From Bacteroidales bacterium (GTDB lineage Bacteria; Bacteroidota; Bacteroidia; Bacteroidales; ML635J-15), in assembly GCA_017551515.1 (NCBI GenBank), contig JAFZLK010000101.1:4335-68334 (forward strand): a stretch of DNA of 64,000 nucleotides, read 5' to 3'. Both the position numbers and the translations under genes were made by a program. The notes beneath the pieces are model-generated. The model was not told where the DNA came from and searched no databases. It saw nothing but the letters and a program-made list of their open reading frames with translations. Shown here piece after piece: positions 55,538 through 62,718 of this stretch; position 1 is the first letter of the stretch; each line of letters opens with the position of its first letter.

Positions 55538-56662
55538 ATGAACAACCCATTTGTAACCAACGGATATGCAGGAGCTAAATATTTCTGCGACAGGGAGAAA
55601 GAAACAAAAAACATAGTGCAGATGCTCACAAACGAAAACAACCTTGCACTTATTTCTCCACGAAGGCTAGGCAAGACCGACCTCATATACCATTGTTTCG
55701 CCCAGCCAGAAATTCGCGACAAGTACCATACTTTTGTAGTTGACATTTATTCTACGGCATCGGTTCGCGATTTTGTGAACCTTTTGGGCAAGGCGGTTCT
55801 CGACAGCTTAAAGTCCAAGGGTCGCCAAAGCTGGGAAAAATTCATCAACGCGGTTTCGTCGCTTAGGCAGAACATCGGATTCGACATGAATGGCTATCCA
55901 AGTTGGAGCATCGGGATTGGCGAAATAGAAAACCCTGCTGTCTCGCTTGACGAAATTTTCAGTTATCTTGAATCTGCCGACAAAAAATGCCTTGTCGCAA
56001 TTGACGAATTCCAACAAATCACACGCTACAACGACAAAAACATAGAAGCTACACTACGCACCTATATCCAGAAATGCACAAACACGCACTTTATATTTTC
56101 CGGCTCGCAACGACATCTTATGGGTGCAATATTCACATCGCCATCACGACCTTTTTTCCAGTCGGTAACAATAATGAATCTTCCTCCTATTGCGCTTGAA
56201 AAATACACCGAGTTCGTTGTCAAGCATTTCGAAGAAGCCGACAAAAGCATCGACAAGCAAGTAATATCATGCCTTTACGAAAAATTCGATAGCATCACCT
56301 CATATATGCAACGCATAATGAACCTGCTTTTCGTAAGGACTCCTGTCAAGGGCACATGTACTATTGATATGATTGACAGCACAATAGAGCAACTGCTTGA
56401 TTTTTCGTCCGACACCTACGAAGCCATTTTATACCAGATGCCAGAAAAGCAACGCGACCTCCTTGTTTCCATAGCACTGGAGGGGAAAGTGAAAAACATA
56501 TCGGGCGGAGAATTTGTAAAAAAACACAAACTTCTGTCACCAAGTTCGGTACTATCGGCAGCCAAGGGGCTTCTCGAAAAGGACTTCATCACACAGGACA
56601 GAAATATTTACAGTGTTTACGACAAACTATTCGAATTGTGGATTAAGAGAATGTATAAATAA
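55538..56662 (+). CDS. AAA-type ATP-binding protein (Arch_ATPase/DUF234-like)
   Basis: NPFV.....G..F.DREKE...I......N.LALISPRRLGKTDL (Walker A) and LVAIDEFQQI (Walker B) are typical of the PF01637-like ATPases common in Bacteroidota. Confidence 0.8.
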   Translation: MNNPFVTNGYAGAKYFCDREKETKNIVQMLTNENNLALISPRRLGKTDLIYHCFAQPEIRDKYHTFVVDIYSTASVRDFVNLLGKAVLDSLKSKGRQSWEKFINAVSSLRQNIGFDMNGYPSWSIGIGEIENPAVSLDEIFSYLESADKKCLVAIDEFQQITRYNDKNIEATLRTYIQKCTNTHFIFSGSQRHLMGAIFTSPSRPFFQSVTIMNLPPIALEKYTEFVVKHFEEADKSIDKQVISCLYEKFDSITSYMQRIMNLLFVRTPVKGTCTIDMIDSTIEQLLDFSSDTYEAILYQMPEKQRDLLVSIALEGKVKNISGGEFVKKHKLLSPSSVLSAAKGLLEKDFITQDRNIYSVYDKLFELWIKRMYK

Positions 56663-56703
56663 AAGTTAATCCCTCAGGCAACGAAATCGCAATTTAAATT
56701 GTC

Positions 56704-56711
56704 TATATTTG
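56704..56711 (+). promoter_or_regulatory. -7 promoter box TATATTTG for the FISUMP-domain gene
   Basis: It matches TAnnTTTG and lies 23 nt upstream of ATG 56734. Confidence 0.55.
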
Positions 56712-56733
56712 TGAATCGAAAATTACGAATATT

Positions 56734-59271
56734 ATGAAACAACTGATTATAACCGTTGTAATGGCAATGTGCAGCACATTGGCTTTCTCGCAGGAGATAA
56801 CCCTGAGTTTTACAGGCAAGACCATACGCGGTCGCCACGTGGATATGGATAGTATAAGGATTAACAATCTCACTCAAGGCTGGTCGGTGATGCTTGTTGC
56901 GCCCGACACGGCTTGTTCGTTTAATATTACATCCGTAAATATGCTTAGCGCAAATGCCAACGGACTTTCGCAGAATGTTCCAAACCCGTTCTACGGCACA
57001 ACCGAGGTGAACCTTGCCCTGCCCAAGCCCGACAAGGTTACAATGCAAGCCCTCGACATGGGCAGGCGCGTTTTCGCCAACTACAACGGCAACCTTCCCG
57101 AAGGCGAACACCGCTTTGCTGTAAGTCTTGCAACTCCGCAAGGGTACCTGCTTTCGGCAAACACATCAGATGGAACAAGTTCGATAAAGATGGTGAACCT
57201 CGGCAGCGGTGGAACAAACTCGATAACCTACATTGGACAGGTGGCAGAAAAGGCATTGCGGGATGGAGTCTACGACCTTGCAATAGGCGATGCACTGGAA
57301 TGTACTGGATACACTACTTACTGCGATTCTATTTACGAAAGCGAAACATTAGATGTGACCGTAGGCGATTCAAATACGCCTCAGACATTACGCTTTAACC
57401 TAAGGTCGGGTGTGACGGTTGACGAAATAACTGAATGCGGACGATACACATGGATAGATGGTCACACATACACCGAAAGCGACAGCACCGCAACATATAC
57501 ACTTACTAATAGTATTGGTTGTGATTCGGTAGTTAGGCTCAATCTGACAATCTATCCAACATATTTTATAAATATGCCACAGATAATCGCTTGTGACAGT
57601 TACGAATACAATGATACAATATTCACGCATTCAGTTGCTTATATGTTCCATTTCCAGACAATTCACGGATGCGACTCAACTGTATTATTTAACCTTGGTA
57701 TTATTCATACGCGAACATACGAAACAGATTCCACCGTTTGCGACAGCTACGAGTGGGAAGGGCAGACATATACCGAGGACAGTACATTCTCGACCACATA
57801 CGAAAACCGATACGGCTGCGACAGCATAATAGCGGTAAACTTCCATGTGAACCACTCAACCGAAACTATAGACACGAGGGAGGAATGCAGCTCGTTTGTG
57901 TGGATTGACGGCAATACATACACCGAAAGCAACAACGAGGCAACCTATACATACATTACAGAAAACGGCTGCGATTCGGTTGTTCGCCTCAACCTGACCA
58001 TAACGCGCATTGAACATGAATTTTATGCTTCCGACTGCGAATATTACGACTGGGATGGGGTTGGATGCTATGCCACAGGCGACTATACAAAAACATACAC
58101 TGCCGCAAATGGTTGCGACAGCGTGGTAACATTGCATTTTACGAAACTTGGAAATTTGATAAGAGATATCGTATATTTATGCGATGGCGATAGTTACACA
58201 TGGATAAACGGAAGAACTTATACTATCGAAAATTTGCAACCATATCATTCTAGTATCTTCGATGAGTACACATACACAAATTCATACGGATGCGACAGTA
58301 CTATCTATTTATATCTTTACTTTAAAAGCAACGATGTTGTTGACACCCATCGTGCCTGCGATTCGTTTACTTGGATTGACGGCAATACATACACTGAAAG
58401 CAACAACACGGCAACTGTAACATATACAAACCAGTATGGCTGCGATTCGGTTGTTCACCTGAATCTTACCATAGAACACCCCGACAACACAGTACACGAG
58501 GTAACTGCCGAGGAATGTTCCTACTATCGAATGTCCAACGGTGAGTACTTTACCGAAAGTGGAGACTACCAGCGAACCCTGCAATCTTCCTGCGGATGCG
58601 ATAGCATAGTATTGCTACACCTTACAATTACCTGCGAAAATGGACTTGAAGGTACATTCTATGACGAGCGTGACGATATAACCTACCGCACAATAGATTA
58701 CAACGGTTTGACTTGGTTTGCCGAAGATTTGAGAACCAATTACTATGCAGATGGAATGCCAATAGGAACTCCGCCATCGAATACTGGCATATATGCAATA
58801 TACTACTACAGGTATAGCAATCATGGTGGATACTATTATGCACCGAGAATAGCCACTAATAATGAACACGGAAAAGTTTGTCCAACAGGATGGCATATTC
58901 CATCAAGGACGGAATGGGAAGAACTATTTACAACTTTAAGAATTCGTGATGAATACGTCTGCGTAAACGATAGTAGCATTCTAAAAGCAATATCCAACAC
59001 TTCTGGATGGAACTCTTCCAATGTTGAATGTTCTCCAGGATACGATATGGCAACCAACAATTCAAGCAATCTCGGATTAAATCCTGACGGAACTGTTTAT
59101 GTAGGAAGGGAAGAAAAAACTAGAAATAGAATAGAAGATGCAGGTAATCACGCATACTATATGACATCTAACGGATTTGAATTATCAATTGGTAAAGGTA
59201 ATATAATTCCATATTGGAATGATCTTCATTGGTGGTATGGTGATTTGATTAGGTGTGTTAGAAATAACTAA
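56734..59271 (+). CDS. Secreted repeat protein: N-terminal T9SS-CTD-like beta-sandwich, eight Cys-containing repeats of about 50 aa, C-terminal FISUMP (Fibrobacter succinogenes major paralogous) domain
   Basis: It has a signal peptide. Residues about 75-155 (LSQNVPNPFYGTTEVNLALP...GEHRFAV...) look like a Por secretion tail. Eight repeats of the form C..[YF].W.G.TYTES...[TY]T..N..GCDS[VI]V.LNLTI span aa about 229-635. The C-terminus (GLTWFAEDLRT..YADG...CPTGWHIPSRTEWEELF) is FISUMP-like. Confidence 0.8.
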   Translation: MKQLIITVVMAMCSTLAFSQEITLSFTGKTIRGRHVDMDSIRINNLTQGWSVMLVAPDTACSFNITSVNMLSANANGLSQNVPNPFYGTTEVNLALPKPDKVTMQALDMGRRVFANYNGNLPEGEHRFAVSLATPQGYLLSANTSDGTSSIKMVNLGSGGTNSITYIGQVAEKALRDGVYDLAIGDALECTGYTTYCDSIYESETLDVTVGDSNTPQTLRFNLRSGVTVDEITECGRYTWIDGHTYTESDSTATYTLTNSIGCDSVVRLNLTIYPTYFINMPQIIACDSYEYNDTIFTHSVAYMFHFQTIHGCDSTVLFNLGIIHTRTYETDSTVCDSYEWEGQTYTEDSTFSTTYENRYGCDSIIAVNFHVNHSTETIDTREECSSFVWIDGNTYTESNNEATYTYITENGCDSVVRLNLTITRIEHEFYASDCEYYDWDGVGCYATGDYTKTYTAANGCDSVVTLHFTKLGNLIRDIVYLCDGDSYTWINGRTYTIENLQPYHSSIFDEYTYTNSYGCDSTIYLYLYFKSNDVVDTHRACDSFTWIDGNTYTESNNTATVTYTNQYGCDSVVHLNLTIEHPDNTVHEVTAEECSYYRMSNGEYFTESGDYQRTLQSSCGCDSIVLLHLTITCENGLEGTFYDERDDITYRTIDYNGLTWFAEDLRTNYYADGMPIGTPPSNTGIYAIYYYRYSNHGGYYYAPRIATNNEHGKVCPTGWHIPSRTEWEELFTTLRIRDEYVCVNDSSILKAISNTSGWNSSNVECSPGYDMATNNSSNLGLNPDGTVYVGREEKTRNRIEDAGNHAYYMTSNGFELSIGKGNIIPYWNDLHWWYGDLIRCVRNN

Positions 59272-59355
59272 ATTCCATTCCATCTAATATTCACTATTTC
59301 AAGAATATAGAGTTTATAATTATAAGCAACTATTTGTTTGCCTATGCTCTTTTTT

Positions 59356-59487
59356 ACACTTTTTCGGGCGAGTTTTGTAGCAAACTATACACTTTTTCGG
59401 GCGAGTTTTGTAGCAAACTATACACTTTTTCGGGCGAGTTTTGTGACGAACCACACACTTTTTCGGGCGAGTTTATGTCAATTGGAC
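59356..59487. repeat. 33-bp tandem direct repeat x4 (ACACTTTTTCGGGCGAGTTTTGTAGCAAACTAT)
   Basis: Copies start at 59356, 59389, 59422 and 59455. The first two are identical, the third diverges in its last third, and the fourth diverges after position 19. The array lies between the 3' ends of two convergent genes. Confidence 0.95.
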
Positions 59488-59505
59488 CTTTCTCACACAG
59501 CATTT

Positions 59506-60546
59506 TTATTTTCCGTATGGCAATTTTCTTATAGTTTGTTGCAATACATTCAGAGATGACATTATTTCATCGAAAGTTGGAGCTTCGCCATATATCATTG
59601 ACAATTGCATTTGTGCATAATCCTTGCGCCACAAATCGATAAAGGCATCTGGTGGCAAAATTGTTAGTGTGGTTGGATAAAGAGTGTCGTAATCAAAATC
59701 CTTTAGATTTACAAAATGACGACGATGTTCAACGATTGAGCGATACAGGTTTGCATCGCTTAATGCCGCATTATCAATACCGACTTTCATCATGGTGACG
59801 ATGTCGTATAGATGCCGCGACATTCGGTTGGTGCGAATTTCATTCTCTGGTTTATGAAATTCTTCATGTATGAGGAAAATCTTTTCGAGGAAGGTGCGTT
59901 CTGGTGTTACCACATTAGGGATACAGAAAGATTCCTCTGCCACAATGGTTTGCGGTAGATACTGGTCAATTAGAGAATTTACAGACTCGCATCTGACCGG
60001 TTGCTGCATGGAACGACCACTTACTTCTATAAGCACACAATGTTTTATATATGGACTTTCTGGCAATGCAGAATCATATTCAATTATTATGGTTTCGGGG
60101 TCTGTGGTGCTTATAGGAGTAATGTTTACTGTTACATTGAATTTGTCTTCGGCAATGCCCTGTTTTATAAGCATATCACGTAAATCAAACTGCATTTTCT
60201 CCCTAACAAATGAGCAAGCCGCACGACGTAACTTGTCGCTTATTTGAGTGCGTGACAAAGTTCCGCCATAACCTAGGAAGTCGCGCGATACTGCTATGTC
60301 AATATCTTCCGAAAAGCGGTTTATAATATGCCAGCACTTACTGAGACTCGTACCACCCTTGAACGAAAGTTGTTCGGCGTATGGCAATGAAAAAACGGCA
60401 CGCAACACCTGTGTCACCCACCAGTCTTTTTCAATAACATCCTGATGAAGGTTGGTAAGCACAGCCATTTGCTCAATAAGTGTTTTTTGTTGCTTTTCTG
60501 TTAGTTGCGTGTATTTCATAGCGTGTGCAGTTTTTTTTGAATCCAT
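59506..60546 (-). CDS. abiEii: Nucleotidyltransferase AbiEii/AbiGii toxin-family protein (type IV TA toxin)
   Basis: KDWWVTQVL...FKGGTSLSK......RFSEDIDI is the DUF1814/AbiEii NTase motif. An alternative ATG at 60519 forms an ATGA overlap with the abiEi stop. Confidence 0.85.
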   Translation of the reverse strand: MDSKKTAHAMKYTQLTEKQQKTLIEQMAVLTNLHQDVIEKDWWVTQVLRAVFSLPYAEQLSFKGGTSLSKCWHIINRFSEDIDIAVSRDFLGYGGTLSRTQISDKLRRAACSFVREKMQFDLRDMLIKQGIAEDKFNVTVNITPISTTDPETIIIEYDSALPESPYIKHCVLIEVSGRSMQQPVRCESVNSLIDQYLPQTIVAEESFCIPNVVTPERTFLEKIFLIHEEFHKPENEIRTNRMSRHLYDIVTMMKVGIDNAALSDANLYRSIVEHRRHFVNLKDFDYDTLYPTTLTILPPDAFIDLWRKDYAQMQLSMIYGEAPTFDEIMSSLNVLQQTIRKLPYGK

Positions 60547-61121
60547 ACCGGCATTAATTTTATATCGTGGTTATAATCGGATTTCTTTACATTACGAAGA
60601 TGTTCTTTTATTATGTCAAGGTGCTTGTCTGTCAAGGATTGTTCTCCTATCTCTCGCATCGACAATGTTATTAGTAGCATAAGATAAGACTTGAATGCTA
60701 ACATTTTGTTGTCGGAAGTATGGACAAAGGTAATCCCCCGACCAGAACCTATATTAATTCTGCGAGAAGATCCATTGGTGAAAAATACGACATTGGCTGT
60801 TACTTGTGTTGATAGGTTCAACTGATTTAACGCAAAAGAAGGTGTAGGGATGATTTTGGAGTTGTCGCGACGAGCGATAGCCTGTGCAATATCATAAAAA
60901 GAAGGTGACAATACCCCCATGCCTAATTCATTGTCAATCTTGGGATAACAATATATGCCCCTCAACACACGCACTATCATTCCATCCTTTTGCATGCGCT
61001 GTAACGCTTGTCTTACAGCATCAGGCGATCCCAAATCGGCAAAGTCGGAGTTGATGTACACCAACCCTCTGCCTTTTCTTTTCACTCTTTTTTCTATATT
61101 TTCTTGTACCTTATCTCTCAT
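60516..61121 (-). CDS. abiEi: AbiEi-family antitoxin (type IV TA system), winged-helix N-terminus
   Basis: The pattern F.....DFADLGSPDAVRQALQRMQKDGMIVRVLRGIYCYPK is typical of AbiEi_4/DUF6088. It lies directly upstream of, and is translationally coupled to, the AbiEii gene. Confidence 0.8.
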   Translation of the reverse strand: MRDKVQENIEKRVKRKGRGLVYINSDFADLGSPDAVRQALQRMQKDGMIVRVLRGIYCYPKIDNELGMGVLSPSFYDIAQAIARRDNSKIIPTPSFALNQLNLSTQVTANVVFFTNGSSRRINIGSGRGITFVHTSDNKMLAFKSYLMLLITLSMREIGEQSLTDKHLDIIKEHLRNVKKSDYNHDIKLMPVWIQKKLHTL

Positions 61122-61129
61122 TTTCTTTT

Positions 61130-61156
61130 GTCACAATATTATCATAAGTTTGTGAC
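61130..61156 (-). promoter_or_regulatory. Candidate AbiEi operator (inverted repeat GTCACAA-N13-TTGTGAC) between promoter and start codon
   Basis: gtcacaa (61130-61136) and ttgtgac (61150-61156) are exact reverse complements. They lie between the -7 box at 61169-61176 and the abiEi ATG at 61121. Confidence 0.4.
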
Positions 61157-61168
61157 TAAATTTCAATG

Positions 61169-61176
61169 CAAAAATA
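61169..61176 (-). promoter_or_regulatory. Candidate -7 promoter box (TATTTTTG) for abiEi-abiEii
   Basis: Plus-strand caaaaata is TATTTTTG on the minus strand, 48 nt upstream of the abiEi start. Confidence 0.45.
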
Positions 61177-61273
61177 CATCTTTATTTCTAATCTACAATG
61201 AGTTTATTTCAAAAATTTTCTTACACAATTAACTAAATTTCTCTCTCAGTTGTCTTTATAAAGAATCATTTTT

Positions 61274-61281
61274 TATTTTTG
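61274..61281 (+). promoter_or_regulatory. -7 promoter box TATTTTTG for the YiiX-like gene cluster
   Basis: It matches TAnnTTTG just upstream of the ORF. Confidence 0.5.
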
Positions 61282-61294
61282 TAACGGATTTTTG

Positions 61295-62029
61295 ATGCAA
61301 CAAAAACGCAAGATGAAACGACACAAATTTCTTCTAACACTTACATTTATAGCAATAGTTGCTTTCGGCGGATGCAACCGAAATGCCGAAAAACCAGAAG
61401 CGAGCGAAAGCAAAAAGGAAACGCTTCAAACTGGCGACCTTGTATTTGTCGGCGTGCCACTCGACTTCGATGCCACTGACACCACCGACATGAGTTCGGC
61501 AATTGTCTCCGCAACAGGCGATAGCACCGGCATAAACTATATACACGTGGCAATTGCCGAAGTTCAAGGCGACAGCGTTTGGATTATTGATGCAACTTTG
61601 GCTCACGGAGTTGACCGCCATCCGCTCGACACCTTCCTTTGCGACTTCACGCTGAACGATGGTTCTCTGCCACAATTCGATGTGATGCGCCTTTCGGACA
61701 ACAGCAACGCCAGCAAATATGTCGAAAATGCCAAACAATTTGTCGGTCGCGACTACGACCTATATTTCCTGCCCGACAACGATGAACAGTACTGCAGTGA
61801 ACTCGTCCGCAATTCGTACATAGATGGCGAAGAGCATATTTTCAGCGAAGCACCGATGAACTTCAAGTCAGACGATGGCACTTTCCCACCATACTGGGTT
61901 TGGCTGTTCGAACAAATAGGGCAACCTATTCCACAAGGACTTCCAGGCACCAACCCCAACGCCATGTCGAAGGAAAAGTGCCTCGAAAAAGTAAATGTAA
62001 TACTAACCGACTATTCAAAGAAAAAATAA
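61295..62029 (+). CDS. YiiX-family permuted papain-like (NlpC/P60 superfamily, C92) lipoprotein
   Basis: It has a lipoprotein signal (AFGGC). The pattern LQTGDLVFVG...HVAI...IIDA...GV....L..F........V.RL..........A..F.G..YD..F......YCSELV matches the family. Start is ATG 61295 or ATG 61313 (MKRHKF..); the track start 61292 is a TTG. Confidence 0.8.
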   Translation: MQQKRKMKRHKFLLTLTFIAIVAFGGCNRNAEKPEASESKKETLQTGDLVFVGVPLDFDATDTTDMSSAIVSATGDSTGINYIHVAIAEVQGDSVWIIDATLAHGVDRHPLDTFLCDFTLNDGSLPQFDVMRLSDNSNASKYVENAKQFVGRDYDLYFLPDNDEQYCSELVRNSYIDGEEHIFSEAPMNFKSDDGTFPPYWVWLFEQIGQPIPQGLPGTNPNAMSKEKCLEKVNVILTDYSKKK

Positions 62030-62394
62030 TGGACATAGAGATTTTCCGCGAACACTGCCTCTCCTACCCACAGGCTACCGAAGATTTTCCTTTTGACGAA
62101 ACTGTGTTGGTTTTCCGCGTGAAGAACCACATTTTCGCTTGCATAGCCCTCGACAACCCCGAACTGGCAGTCGTAAAATGCGAACCCGAATATGCCATCG
62201 AACTGCGCGACAAATATATGGCAATAGAACCAGCATGGCACTGGAACAAGAAATACTGGAACCAGATATGGTTCAACCGCGATGTGGATGACGAGATGAT
62301 TCGCAAACTCGTTGCCCACTCGTATGCCGAGGTTGTAAAGAAACTGCCGAAAAAAGACCGTATAGACCTTGAAACAAACAAGATAGACTTATGA
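62029..62394 (+). CDS. MmcQ/YjbR-family protein
   Basis: The pattern REHCLSYPQATEDFPFDETVLVFRV.NHIFA........VVKCEPE.A.ELR......EPAWH.NKKYWN matches the family. The ATG at 62029 overlaps the upstream stop (TAATG), and the track's extension from 61900 was trimmed. Confidence 0.85.
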   Translation: MDIEIFREHCLSYPQATEDFPFDETVLVFRVKNHIFACIALDNPELAVVKCEPEYAIELRDKYMAIEPAWHWNKKYWNQIWFNRDVDDEMIRKLVAHSYAEVVKKLPKKDRIDLETNKIDL

Positions 62395-62693
62395 AACGAG
62401 TAAGAATAACCGTTATCCGCAAAGCTAACTACCCCGACCTTTCGGCAAAGTACGAAAATCCCATCGAACATGCCTGCGATGTCAACGAAGGCGATGTATG
62501 GATTTCCATAGATGGACAAAAGCCAGACGGTCTTTGCGAAAGTGCGTGGGAATCGATGAAATGGTTTGTTGGTGAACTTGCCTATGGTCGTGGCAATTTC
62601 TACGATGGCTGGATGAAAAATCCCAACTCGGCAATGATTTCCTGCAACGACGGTTTTCGCCCTGTAAGCTTTCTGCTCGAAACAATAGAATAA
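62391..62693 (+). CDS. TIGR04076-family protein
   Basis: It is about 100 aa with the pattern V.ITV.........L...Y.......C.....G........P.G.C..AW......V..L..G.......W.......ISC.DG.RPV.F.LE. Confidence 0.7.
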   Translation: MKRVRITVIRKANYPDLSAKYENPIEHACDVNEGDVWISIDGQKPDGLCESAWESMKWFVGELAYGRGNFYDGWMKNPNSAMISCNDGFRPVSFLLETIE

Positions 62694-62716
62694 TAGGCAG
62701 AATATCTCCGCCTATT
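62692..62716. terminator. Hairpin between convergent TIGR04076 gene and leuS
   Basis: aataggc (62692-62698) pairs with gcctatt (62710-62716) and is flanked by A/T. Confidence 0.45.
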
Positions 62717-62718
62717 AT

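Noticed and set aside
59356-59487. Possible CRISPR array.
   Set aside because: The repeats are contiguous with no unique spacers, there are only four copies with progressive decay, and no cas genes lie nearby.
59334-59559. Two overlapping plus-strand ORFs (66 and 73 aa) with repetitive peptides (..YTFSGEFCSKL.. / ..TLFRASFVAN..).
   Set aside because: They are simply translations of the 33-bp tandem repeat, since 33 is divisible by 3. They have no promoter or start context and lie between two convergent gene ends.
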